Position numbers and translations under genes: made by a program. This document shows positions 9,645 to 19,037 of a stretch of DNA of 64,000 nt, piece after piece (positions within the stretch are counted from its first letter, which is position 1; every line of letters starts with the position of its first letter). The stretch covers positions 3,904,001 to 3,968,000 of the forward strand of contig OZ219926.1 of the NCBI GenBank assembly GCA_964291405.2, read 5' to 3'. Under the pieces are notes generated by a model that was given only the letters and a program-made list of their open reading frames with translations, ran no database searches and was not told the DNA's origin. Source of the stretch: Thermodesulfobacteriota bacterium. GTDB taxonomy: Bacteria; Desulfobacterota; Binatia; Bin18.

Positions 9645-11095
9645 GCAGCTTCTTCCTCTACCAGTGCCCGCGCCTGTGATTCCACCACCGTTCCCTTAAA
9701 GAAGTCCGGGTTGACGGCGCTCCAGAAGCGGACGGGATTTCCGAACACAAAATCCTTGAAATTCTCGTCCGTCATCACCCCGTCTTCGACGTTTTCATAC
9801 GCCTCGGGCAACACCCCAGCCATGTCCGGCACATCGAAGTGGCCGATGTCCGAGCCAAACAGTGCGTTGATCTTGGCCCCATACGGATTGACTTTGGTGT
9901 TGAAGGCCCAGGCGTTCATCGGGTCGTCGGCCTCGCAGCCGAAGTAGAAATTCGGCACAAACAGGTCGCGGATGTCTTCGGCCCGCTCGATCCCGCAGGG
10001 CGCAAAATCGTCCAGTTTTTCCGGCTCCTTGGTGAGCAGGCCGAGATGGGCCTGCGTCGCCTTCTGCCCCAGCTTTTCCACCGCCGCGGGCGAAGCATAT
10101 TTCTGAAACAAGTCAACCAGCATTTCCTGGTTCAGATTGGCGGGATTCACATTATCCAGCGCTTTGGGGTTGCGGATTTTCCAGTGCCCGATGAGGTCGC
10201 TATACAGGCCGCAGGCCCAACCCACACCGCCCTCTAAAAAGGCAAAGCGCAGTTCCGGGAAACGCCGCGTCACGCCGTTCATGAAGATGGATTTGCAGAC
10301 CGCCTCTCCGGCCTGGGCAAAATGGCCGATGTGGTTGTACACAAAATTGGAAATCGAGGCCCGCATGCCAATGCCTGACGAGGCCGAGTGAAAGCTGGGC
10401 GGGATGCCCACTTCGAGGCATTTCGCCCAGACCGGGTCATAATCATGCGCGCTATCTATGCCCAGGGTGTCGTGCCAGATTGCATAACGGCCAGCCTCGG
10501 GCGCCTTGCGTGCCACCGCCGGAACCTGACGCCGGATGAGGCTTGACAGCATGGCCACCTTAAAGCCCTTGCTCTTGATGAAATCCAGCTCTTCAAGCGC
10601 CTCCTCCGGGGTAAACATGGGCACCACCGCGGCAGGAGTCAGGCGATCTTCCAGGCCGGCGAACTGATCGGCTGTATACATATTAAACGCACGACAGGCC
10701 GCCCGCCGCACTTCATTATCGCGCAGAAACGGCGCGAACAGCGCGCCTCCGGTCGGGTAGATCACCCCAAAGTCGATGCCAAGCTCATCCAGCCGCTCAT
10801 ATAGCAGCTTGGGCAGCATCGCGGTCGCACGGTCACGCGTATTCTTGGTCGGCACTCCCCACCAGGCCGGCTGGAGCATCCGTCGATCACGGCGTTCCTC
10901 TTCCGAGAGTCCCGCCCATTTCTTATTGCCGAACTGGTTGGCAACCTTGCCATAGCGCTCGGCCACACGTTCTCCCGCGACCTCGTGTAAATAGTCCATA
11001 GCCGCAGGCTCAAACTCGATCCAGTGACCGTCCGAGTCAATGACCGGATGGCTCAGTTGTGAATGAATATGCTCGGCTTTCTGGTGTGACGACAT
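9641..11095 (-). CDS. Amidohydrolase_2 family protein
   Basis: DSDGH, FH, EGGVGW, GCEADD, GSDIGHFD. Confidence 0.85.
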   Translation of the reverse strand: MSSHQKAEHIHSQLSHPVIDSDGHWIEFEPAAMDYLHEVAGERVAERYGKVANQFGNKKWAGLSEEERRDRRMLQPAWWGVPTKNTRDRATAMLPKLLYERLDELGIDFGVIYPTGGALFAPFLRDNEVRRAACRAFNMYTADQFAGLEDRLTPAAVVPMFTPEEALEELDFIKSKGFKVAMLSSLIRRQVPAVARKAPEAGRYAIWHDTLGIDSAHDYDPVWAKCLEVGIPPSFHSASSGIGMRASISNFVYNHIGHFAQAGEAVCKSIFMNGVTRRFPELRFAFLEGGVGWACGLYSDLIGHWKIRNPKALDNVNPANLNQEMLVDLFQKYASPAAVEKLGQKATQAHLGLLTKEPEKLDDFAPCGIERAEDIRDLFVPNFYFGCEADDPMNAWAFNTKVNPYGAKINALFGSDIGHFDVPDMAGVLPEAYENVEDGVMTDENFKDFVFGNPVRFWSAVNPDFFKGTVVESQARALVEEEAA

Positions 11096-11428
11096 GGGCT
11101 CCCTCCTTGGCGCAGCGGAAAATGCAATATGATCGAATTGTTCTGGGGTGTGTTGTAGCAGGATCGGGGGGAGGGGAAAATATCTCTTCCCATTCTGTGT
11201 CTCTACCCGCCATTGACATTCACTCTCCTATTAGGCAGCGTTCGCCCATTTACTGCCAGCAATGTACTCGTTGAGTCGGGTTGCCTGCTGAATATAAGAA
11301 CCACCATACTGCTTGGGAGTCATGACCCGCGCCGTGGTGAATATGCAGGACTCACTCCATTCACTGTTGTGCCGTAGATACGGCCCGGCAGTCCTGCTGG
11401 AACTTGAGAGGTGTAAGGAGGAAACGGA

Positions 11429-11722
11429 ATGTATCGTCTCGGCTTGTGTCTCTGTGTACTTGTCCTGTGGGTGGCTCCTGCCGCTGCTTGTATGTTCGAT
11501 ACGGATTGTAAGCCTGGCTCAAAATGTGTGAAAGCCAGTGGCTCGCTGTACGGGTATTGCGTGGGCGGTTTATTCCCCGGAAACGACAATGATCGCCAAC
11601 CCGCAAGAAACCCGCTCGATTTCACTGGAAAGCAGGGAAACACATGTCAGTTTGACACGGATTGCGGCCCCGGTAACCAGTGTGTCAAAGGCGCGGGGAG
11701 CATTTATGGAACGTGCTTGTAG
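11429..11722 (+). CDS. Small secreted cysteine-rich protein with two internal repeats
   Basis: RBS AAGGAGG; signal peptide ending APAAA; repeats CMFDTDCKPGSKCVKASGSLYGYC and CQFDTDCGPGNQCVKGAGSIYGTC. Confidence 0.8.
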   Translation: MYRLGLCLCVLVLWVAPAAACMFDTDCKPGSKCVKASGSLYGYCVGGLFPGNDNDRQPARNPLDFTGKQGNTCQFDTDCGPGNQCVKGAGSIYGTCL

Positions 11723-11747
11723 ACACACTAAAATGAAGGGGAGGACT

Positions 11748-12143
11748 ATGATCGATTGAAAAGGAATACTGCTCCTGGGATGTCTGTTGTTCCAAGCGTG
11801 CTCGGTAGGCATGGCGATGTCAGGCCGGCCCGACCCCAACACCGGGGCGCTCCACGTTGGGTAGGCACGGGATGAAGTGCTGTTGCATCTCGGGCAGCCC
11901 ACGAAAACGTTGGCTATTGCCACAGGCCGGACGGATGAGTTCCATTTGCAACGCGGGAATCAGGCGTCAACAGGGCGGACTATGGGTCATGCAGTGATGG
12001 ATGTCCTGACGCTTGGAGCGTGGAAGATTATAGGAACGCCAGTTGAGGGATTCATGGGTGAAACATTTACGCTATCCATCTCGTATGATGAAGCGGAGAA
12101 GGTGACGAAAATTACGAGTACGCCAGGAACACAAGAGTTCTAA
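11748..12143 (+). pseudogene. Lipoprotein pseudogene with two in-frame stops
   Basis: RBS GGGGAGGA; MID*KGILLLGCLLFQACSVGMAMSGRPDPNTGALHVG*ARDEVLLHLGQP... continuous frame; lipobox-like FQAC; TGA 11757-11759, TAG 11862-11864. Confidence 0.7.
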
Positions 12144-12344
12144 ATTCTGCTCTTCATCAAACGAAAGCGGGAGGGGTTCGTTCTTCTTGGGAAAGGCATA
12201 ATGCAAATTTCGCTGAAAAGCGCCCCAATTCGGGGCCGCACGCATCAAAGCCGTGACGGTTGCTAGGCGCTCTTTCAGCCTTGGATGCCTAAGCCCAGGA
12301 GTGAACAACTGGTGATACTTGTTTTTCCGGCTTCCGTGGGTCTG
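12072..12344 (-). pseudogene. C-terminal remnant of a P63C-domain (phage-associated) protein
   Basis: GSRKNKYHQLFTPGLRHPRLKERLATVTALMRAAPNWGAFQRNLHYAFPK resembles the P63C C-terminus; no N-terminal part or RBS. Confidence 0.6.
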
Positions 12345-12374
12345 AGATGAGAAATATGTTGCCTGATGGGAGGG

Positions 12375-13133
12375 CTAATCTCTACCCAGCATAACAAGTT
12401 TTGAGCCGTTCGGTAGAAGCGCTACGATGCCCCCCTCTCTTTTGATTCTTAAGTCTTTGAGCTTTTCTTCCTGCTCTCTAAGGTGTTTCTGATTCCCTCT
12501 ACAGAGTGTTTTGATCGTTTTCTCGTAAATACGATCCAGCAAGCTGATTACAGCTTTAAGATGCTGATCAAGGTTCTCTTGAAGATCCACCCCCTCAACC
12601 TTCTTGGTTGTCTGATTGAAAAACTGAAATCTGAAACCCGAAAGCGATACTTCTGCTGGGGCGTATGACTCGGTCTGATTTGGTTTCCTGTCCTTGGAAA
12701 AATTAATACTGTGTGCACCAAATTTGTTCCGAATCTCTCGAATCCTAAGCGAGCGAATTTGGGCTTCTATTTTCTGAAGATCGGGAGTATTTGTCAGCTT
12801 ATAGAGTTTCAGTAGAGCTTCCTGCTGCATGTAAGTGGCGTTTAGAACTCCGTAGAGTCGGAGATATTTTTCTCCTATATCGTAGTATCTCGTCGGGCCA
12901 TCGAGACCAAAACAGAGGAAATTTTTAAGCGCGGCACTTGTGTCGCCGATGATGTCCATTGCGCTACAAAGAAAATTCCAATCATCGTCTTTGTTCAGTC
13001 TCAGCGTTTCTTTGATACTCTCTTTGCTGGGAAGAACTTTCTCGTTGATCAAACCGCGAAAGGCGTGACTGTACTCATCTAGAACTTTAACATCATCTAG
13101 GTTTTCTTGAGAGTTGAGATTGTTGTGAAGCAT
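12375..13133 (-). CDS. Hypothetical AT-rich protein, candidate HEPN-like domain
   Basis: Intact ORF visibly more AT-rich than flanks; helical sequence with REIRNKFGAH (R-N-x4-H); start at ATG 13133 is uncertain. Confidence 0.6.
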   Translation of the reverse strand: MLHNNLNSQENLDDVKVLDEYSHAFRGLINEKVLPSKESIKETLRLNKDDDWNFLCSAMDIIGDTSAALKNFLCFGLDGPTRYYDIGEKYLRLYGVLNATYMQQEALLKLYKLTNTPDLQKIEAQIRSLRIREIRNKFGAHSINFSKDRKPNQTESYAPAEVSLSGFRFQFFNQTTKKVEGVDLQENLDQHLKAVISLLDRIYEKTIKTLCRGNQKHLREQEEKLKDLRIKREGGIVALLPNGSKLVMLGRD

Positions 13134-13400
13134 TGATTCTTTACATACCCGATTTTTAGACGTGGGTGTACAGCTTCCCGAAACACTCTGTCGCCACGAA
13201 GCGCCCAGACTTGTTGTGTTTACTGGTAGCTTCCACACTGGAACATCCGTCTACTGGCTGCGCAGAGACCCCACCAAACCACAATTCCTCCATGTTCCAA
13301 AAATTTCCGGCCTTCGTGGCAATCTCTTTACCTTTGTTTTCTGCTTGCATACTATGGTTCGCATTAAATGTGTTCTCATTGAGAAAAGAGATGGCGGAGC

Positions 13401-13746
13401 GTGAGGCGGACAGTACAACCCAAAGAGGTTCTGATCTATGCTGATGAAGCAGGTCACGAACCGTTTACGGCTTGGCTGAATCAGCTACGTGACCGCGCCG
13501 GTCGCCAGCATATTCTGGCTCGATTGCGTCGCTTAGAACAGGGTAACTTTGGTGACTGTAAAGCTCTCGGTGAGGGGGGTGTATGAACTCCGCGTATTCT
13601 TTGGTCCTGGCTACCGAGTGTATTTCGGGGAAGATAGTAATACTATTGTAGTGCTTCTCACCGGAGGCGATAAACGCAGCCAAGCCAGAGATGTCGCAAA
13701 CGCGAAAAAGTGTTGGAAAGAATATCAGAGCCATGCGAAAGCTTAG
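13401..13746 (+). pseudogene. RelE/HigB-like addiction module killer protein, frameshifted at a G6 run
   Basis: Frame 1 ...EPFTAWLNQLRD...ARLRRLEQGNFGDCKALGEG joins frame 2 VYELRVFFGPGYRVYFG...LLTGGDKRSQARD if one G of 13574-13579 is removed. Confidence 0.8.
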
Positions 13747-14053
13747 AACTCTAGACGCGGTAGAAGCAGACTACCTCCGAGACCATCCTGAGGAGATGGA
13801 AGAGTATATGTCTGTCATCTTTGACGAGTACGCTCGTGATGGGAACACCGGCGCGTTGCTAGCGTCGTTGCGAACTATGAGCAAGGTCAAAGGTATCACA
13901 ATGACTGCACGGGAAGCCGGCCTGTCCCGAAAGGGATTACAAAAGGCACTCTCAGAAAAGGGGAATCCGAAGTTTGAAAGCATCAACGCCATTATGCACG
14001 CCCTCGGTTACAGGCTCAGTCCGCGGAAGCTCGATATGACAGCAGCAAAATAG
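13733..14053 (+). CDS. Addiction module antidote protein (HTH)
   Basis: YLRDHPEEMEEY...LLASLRTMSKVKGITMTAREAGLSRKGLQKALSEKGNPKFESI. Confidence 0.85.
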   Translation: MRKLRTLDAVEADYLRDHPEEMEEYMSVIFDEYARDGNTGALLASLRTMSKVKGITMTAREAGLSRKGLQKALSEKGNPKFESINAIMHALGYRLSPRKLDMTAAK

Positions 14054-14144
14054 CGCGATGAAGCGTCGCCGGTGACACCCTCTCAAGAGAGCTCTCTGCT
14101 TTAACAACAAAATCGCGGTACTCACTGGCGCAGGAAACGACCCT

Positions 14145-15368
14145 TCAAGAGAGTAACAGTCCGAGAGGAATCACGAACAGCCCCTTCTCCAGCGCAAATG
14201 CCTCAGTGCCATTATAGGCAAGAATGCCGACGGGGGCGCCTGGCGTTTTTGCTTGAAAGGCTCGCAGGCCAGCCAAATCGTTTTTTCCAAACCGGCTGGC
14301 GGCTTTGACCTCAACGGCAACGCAGCGGCGTTTGTGAGAAATGATAAAATCGACTTCGTGGCGCCCCTGTATGCCCCAGAAGCTTAACTCTGCATCTGGA
14401 AGATGGGCGCCGAGGATGCCACATAGATTCTGGTAGACATAGGTTTCATACACGGCTCCCCGTAAGGGTTCGTCGGCTGCGACACTAAGGTCTGAGGTTG
14501 CGGTTAAATGACAGGCCAGGCCTGAATCCGTGAGAAATATCTTTGGTGATTTCAACAAACGAGTTGCGCGACTGCGTATATACGGCAGAAGACGGCCAAG
14601 GATAAAAGACGTTTCCAGCAGGCCCAGATACCGCACCGTTGTACTGACCGGGAGCTTTGCATCGCGGGCAATTTCGCTCTGATTCAGAATCTGACCGGTT
14701 CGAGCTGCTGTCAGGCGTAGGAGCGTTCGAAACGTCACGAGGTCGGCAACCTGAGCCAAGTCCCGCACGTCGCGCTCAAGATAGGTTTGCTCATAGCCCA
14801 GCAGCCACAGGTCTCGATCAATATTTTCGCCAACGACGACGGACGGCATACCGCCATACAGGACTTCTCTGTCCGTTAGAACCGACAGCGACGGAGCAGG
14901 AGGAAGTTGCAGCTCTTTCAAGAAAGCGACAAGGAACGGCGCCTGCGTCGCGCCACGTCGTTCGCGCCGGGTGAAAGGCTGCAAGGGAAGCGAAATCGCC
15001 CGCCCGGCAAGGGACTCGCCCACCCCTTTGAGTAAAGAGAGATTGGCGGAACCGCTTAATACAAACCGGCCAGGCGTGCGCTGCTGATCGACCGCACGCT
15101 TGATGGCAACCAGCAGTTGCGGACACCGCTGCACCTCGTCAATTGTAACGGGCTCTTGCCCGCGAATGAGACTCTCAGGATCAAGCCGAGCCGCCTCCAG
15201 GGCGGCAAAATCATCCAGAGTGACATACCGCCGTCCCTCAAAGGCGATATCCTCCTGAAGAAAGGTCGTCTTCCCCGCCTGCCGCAATCCTGTGATAACG
15301 ACAACGGGGAATGTTTTGAGTGCCCGCCGGACGAGGGAAGATAGTTCTCGCTGATAGTATGTTGTCAT
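14145..15368 (-). CDS. AAA_14 ATPase with DUF4143 and C-terminal PD-(D/E)xK-like domain
   Basis: Walker A GLRQAGKT, Walker B IDEVQ, SGSAN, YGGMP, TYLERDV, KSPK.F..DSGL, EVDF...EVK. Confidence 0.88.
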   Translation of the reverse strand: MTTYYQRELSSLVRRALKTFPVVVITGLRQAGKTTFLQEDIAFEGRRYVTLDDFAALEAARLDPESLIRGQEPVTIDEVQRCPQLLVAIKRAVDQQRTPGRFVLSGSANLSLLKGVGESLAGRAISLPLQPFTRRERRGATQAPFLVAFLKELQLPPAPSLSVLTDREVLYGGMPSVVVGENIDRDLWLLGYEQTYLERDVRDLAQVADLVTFRTLLRLTAARTGQILNQSEIARDAKLPVSTTVRYLGLLETSFILGRLLPYIRSRATRLLKSPKIFLTDSGLACHLTATSDLSVAADEPLRGAVYETYVYQNLCGILGAHLPDAELSFWGIQGRHEVDFIISHKRRCVAVEVKAASRFGKNDLAGLRAFQAKTPGAPVGILAYNGTEAFALEKGLFVIPLGLLLS

Positions 15369-15652
15369 AATTAACTATATGATAGTGGTAAAATGACATG
15401 AGTGGAAGGTAGAAATACTCTTTTTCCTTAGTGCAGGTCTACCTGTATCGTTTCCACAGTGCGTCCTGGAGGCCTAATTCCTCCACCTTCCTTATCTATA
15501 GAACGGCTCGATTTGTTGCGTTTGGTAGAAGCTTCTCTTATGCATTGTATTGTATCTGAGAGGGATTTTCCGCATGGGACGAGTGACACTTCGTGGTCAG
15601 ACCTACGTTCCGCACTCGTCATCGCTTTCGGCCTAGGACAAGGAAATACCGT

Positions 15653-16567
15653 ATGAACGACATCCGTTTTGACAACAAAGTCGCCGTCATTACCGGCGCG
15701 GGTAATGGTCTGGGGAAAAGCCACGCCCTCTTCCTCGCTTCGCGTGGGGCGAGGGTGGTGGTGAATGATCTTGGGGGAACGGTTGCGGGCACCGGGGGCT
15801 CGCGGGCGGTGGCTGATACGGTTGTGGAGGAGATTACAGCCGCGGGTGGGGAGGCGGTGGCGAACTACGATACGGTTGCTACCGAAGAAGGTGGGAAGCG
15901 TGTCATCCAAACGGCGCTGGATACCTTTGGTACGGTGGACATCCTGATTAACAACGCGGGAAACGTGCGGGATAAAAGCTTTGCCAAAATGAACCTGGAC
16001 GATTTTCGGTCTCTGATTGATGTGCATCTCATGGGGGCGGTCTATTGTACCCACGCGGCCTGGCCCATTATGCGAGAAAAGGGTTTTGGCCGTGTGGTGA
16101 TGACCACGTCATCCGCCGGCCTATACGGCAATCATGGTCATACCAACTATGGGACGGCGAAAATGGCGCTGATTGGGCTCATGAACTCTCTCAAGGAAGA
16201 GGGCCGACGCTATAATATCACCGTCAACGCGATTGCCCCTATTGCGCTGACGCGTATGTCCGAACCGGCCACCACCCCGCAATACGCCCCGTTGATGAAA
16301 CCCGAGTTTGTCACTGCCGCGGTCGCCTGGCTGTGTGCGCCTGACAACACGGACTCCGGACATATTATCCAGGCCGGGGTAGGCTATTACGCTAAGATAG
16401 AAGTCCGGGAAGCGACCGGGGTGCTGTTTGACTCCGAGACGATTCCACAGCCGGAACAGATTCGTGATCGGTATCCGGAGATTGCGGACATGGGCGGGGC
16501 TGTACCGTATGAGAATGCCTCAGCTGTGATTCGTAAAGTTTTCAAGATGGTCAAGCCGAAGGGGTAG
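15653..16567 (+). CDS. SDR oxidoreductase (MFE-2-like 3-hydroxyacyl-CoA dehydrogenase type)
   Basis: TGAGNGLG, VVVNDLGG, NNAG, YGTAK; RBS AAGGA before ATG 15653. Confidence 0.88.
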   Translation: MNDIRFDNKVAVITGAGNGLGKSHALFLASRGARVVVNDLGGTVAGTGGSRAVADTVVEEITAAGGEAVANYDTVATEEGGKRVIQTALDTFGTVDILINNAGNVRDKSFAKMNLDDFRSLIDVHLMGAVYCTHAAWPIMREKGFGRVVMTTSSAGLYGNHGHTNYGTAKMALIGLMNSLKEEGRRYNITVNAIAPIALTRMSEPATTPQYAPLMKPEFVTAAVAWLCAPDNTDSGHIIQAGVGYYAKIEVREATGVLFDSETIPQPEQIRDRYPEIADMGGAVPYENASAVIRKVFKMVKPKG

Positions 16568-16582
16568 GGGGAATCGTTCGTC

Positions 16583-17512
16583 CTAGAAGTCCTCAACCAA
16601 GACCGTACTTAAATACCGCTCAGCCGAGCTGGCCAGAATAACAACTAGCATCTTCCCGGCATTTTCGGGACGGGCAGCGACCTGGAGTGCGGCCCAGACT
16701 GTGGCGCCGCTGCTGATGCCGGCAGGAATGCCCTCGTGCCTGGCAAGTCGGCGCGCCGTGGCGAGCGCGTCTTCATCACGAACGGTGATAATTTCATCGA
16801 TAATACCGGTATTCAGAATAGCCGGGACGAACCCCGCGCCGATCCCTTGAATCTGGGTAGGTCCGGGCTGGCTGCCCGAGAGTACTGCTGAACTGGCTGG
16901 CTCGACGGCGATAGCCTGGAAACTCGGTTTGAGAGGCTTAATCACCTCGGACACCCCAGTGATGGTCCCGCCCGTTCCTACACCGCTGATAAAGATATCG
17001 ACCTGGCCGTCGGTGTCCTCCCAGATCTCGTGGGCCGTGGTCTGGCGATGGATGTCCGGGTTGGCCGGATTCTCAAACTGCTGTGGAATAAAGGCGTGAG
17101 GGATGCTTGCGGCGAGTTCCTCGGCTTTGCGAATCGCACCGGGCATCCCTTCGCGGGCAGGGGTGAGGACTAATTCCGCTCCAAGGAAACGTAACAGATT
17201 GCGCCGCTCTATGCTCATGGAGTCAGGCATGGTCAGGATGATCCGATAGCCCCGGGCTGCGGCAACAAAGGCGAGAGCGATGCCGGTATTGCCACTGGTC
17301 GGTTCAATGATGACACTCTCTGCATTGAGCTTGCCGGCCTGTTCCGCGGCCGCAATCATATTGGAGCCAATCCGATCTTTCACGCTGCCCAGGGGATTGA
17401 AGAACTCCAGCTTGGCATACACCTCCGCTTCCATACCCTGGGTGAGGCGATTGAGCCGCACTAAGGGCGTATGACCAATGGTTGCGGTGATGTCGTGAAA
17501 CAAACGAGCCAT
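16583..17512 (-). CDS. cysK: Cysteine synthase A
   Basis: [63 protein letters not shown]. Confidence 0.95.
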   Translation of the reverse strand: MARLFHDITATIGHTPLVRLNRLTQGMEAEVYAKLEFFNPLGSVKDRIGSNMIAAAEQAGKLNAESVIIEPTSGNTGIALAFVAAARGYRIILTMPDSMSIERRNLLRFLGAELVLTPAREGMPGAIRKAEELAASIPHAFIPQQFENPANPDIHRQTTAHEIWEDTDGQVDIFISGVGTGGTITGVSEVIKPLKPSFQAIAVEPASSAVLSGSQPGPTQIQGIGAGFVPAILNTGIIDEIITVRDEDALATARRLARHEGIPAGISSGATVWAALQVAARPENAGKMLVVILASSAERYLSTVLVEDF

Positions 17513-17590
17513 CCTGATTGCCGTGGCTGACTTGCTGCTCGGTGCCGACGAAGAGGGCTAGTCAGCAAGGCCGGATGCCCGTCCTCTGCT

Positions 17591-17983
17591 TCACTTCTTG
17601 AGCTGAAGCGAGAGGGAGTTCATGCAGTAGCGCTGTCCGGTTGGTGGTGGCCCATCGTCAAAGACATGGCCGAGGTGGGCGTCGCAGGTGTTGCACAGCA
17701 CTTCGATTCGGATCATGCCGTGGCTATGGTCCGATTCCAGGCGCACGCTGCCCGGCTGCACTGGTTCCCAGAAGCTGGGCCAACCACTGCCCGACTCGTA
17801 TTTGGTGGATGAGTTAAACAGGTCGGTGCCGCAACACACGCACTGATAAATACCCTCATCCTTGCAATTGTTGTATTCGCCCGAGAACGGCCGCTCGGTC
17901 GCTTTCATCCGACAGACGGCAAACTGCTCGGGAGTGAGCTGTGCGCGCCATTCCTCTTCGGTCTTCTCGACTTTATCGCCCAT
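17591..17983 (-). CDS. msrB: Peptide-methionine (R)-S-oxide reductase
   Basis: TERPFSG, CxxC pairs, [24 protein letters not shown]. Confidence 0.95.
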   Translation of the reverse strand: MGDKVEKTEEEWRAQLTPEQFAVCRMKATERPFSGEYNNCKDEGIYQCVCCGTDLFNSSTKYESGSGWPSFWEPVQPGSVRLESDHSHGMIRIEVLCNTCDAHLGHVFDDGPPPTGQRYCMNSLSLQLKK

Positions 17984-18083
17984 AGTGTACGCTCCCTCCT
18001 TGGTCTGTACTCTTTACTCCCGTCTGATAACTTCACCTATATACAGCGAGAAACACCCGTCGAAAAGAGTGCGGAGGAGCACC

Positions 18084-19007
18084 ATGAGTGGCGTAAAAAT
18101 CGGTATCGGCTTTGGACAGTGGAAGTATGGCTTACCCGACCCCGAACTCCTGTGCAGCAGCGCAGAATCGGCAGAGGCCGCCGGGCTTGATTCGTTATGG
18201 TTGTCCGATCATATCGTGACCGTCAACCCCACGCTGGACATCTCCTGTCTGTTCGCCATGATCGCCGGTCGTACCTCCCGCCTGAAAATGGGACCGAGCG
18301 TCTTTACCCTGCCGGCGCGCCATCCGGTCCAGGTGGCCAAGACCTATGCCACCCTCGACTATCTTTCAAACGGGCGGATGATCATGGCCGTCGGGAGCGG
18401 TAACGATCCGCGCGATTTAGTTGCGTGTGGGGTGCCACCCCAAGCCCGCGGCCGTCGCCTCGAAGAAGGGATCGAGATCCTGCGCAAGCTGTGGACCGAG
18501 TCGCACGTCACGCATCACGGGGAGTTCTACGATTTTGAGGATGTGACGATTGAGCCCAAACCAAAGCAGGGCGCGCTCGATATCTGGATTGGCGGCAGGA
18601 GTGACGCGATTCTCAAACGCGTCGTCCGTCTCGGGGACGGCTGGTTCCCTGCACTGACTTCACCCCCCGAGTTTCAGCGCGATATGGAAAAGCTCAGGGT
18701 GTATGGGGAAGAGTACGGACGGACGATTGATCCGCGCGAGGCTGGAGTGCTGCTCTTCACTCATGTGTGTGACGACCGAGCCGCTGCCATGAAAACGGTC
18801 GAGCCGTTCTTCCACGGCCTGCGGGTCGATCCGGAGGCCATCATGCGGCGTTCGCTGATCGGCTCGGCCCAGGAGTGTGTGGAGCAGCTCGAGCGCTTTG
18901 TCGAAGTCGGTTGCGATAAATTCGTGCTCCGGCCGATCTGCCCGCCAACTGACATCCCGTCCCAACTCGAACACTATGGACAAGACATCCTGCCCCATTT
19001 TGTGTAG
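18084..19007 (+). CDS. Luciferase-like (LLM) flavin/F420-dependent oxidoreductase
   Basis: DSLWLSDH, RHPVQVAK..ATLD.LS.GR, IWIGG, GDGW; RBS GGAGGAG. Confidence 0.85.
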   Translation: MSGVKIGIGFGQWKYGLPDPELLCSSAESAEAAGLDSLWLSDHIVTVNPTLDISCLFAMIAGRTSRLKMGPSVFTLPARHPVQVAKTYATLDYLSNGRMIMAVGSGNDPRDLVACGVPPQARGRRLEEGIEILRKLWTESHVTHHGEFYDFEDVTIEPKPKQGALDIWIGGRSDAILKRVVRLGDGWFPALTSPPEFQRDMEKLRVYGEEYGRTIDPREAGVLLFTHVCDDRAAAMKTVEPFFHGLRVDPEAIMRRSLIGSAQECVEQLERFVEVGCDKFVLRPICPPTDIPSQLEHYGQDILPHFV

Positions 19008-19037
19008 CGGCCGCCGGAAGCACGGGATCGCAGGGTT

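Noticed and set aside
11100-11428. Possible riboswitch or sRNA in a long intergenic region
   Set aside because: No recognisable conserved motif by eye; an Rfam covariance search would be needed
11757-11759. In-frame TGA as a second selenocysteine
   Set aside because: It lies in a signal peptide, no redox motif or obvious hairpin follows, and the same gene also has a TAG
13156-13350. 64-aa ORF upstream of the HEPN candidate
   Set aside because: No motif or convincing RBS; more likely non-coding element-end sequence
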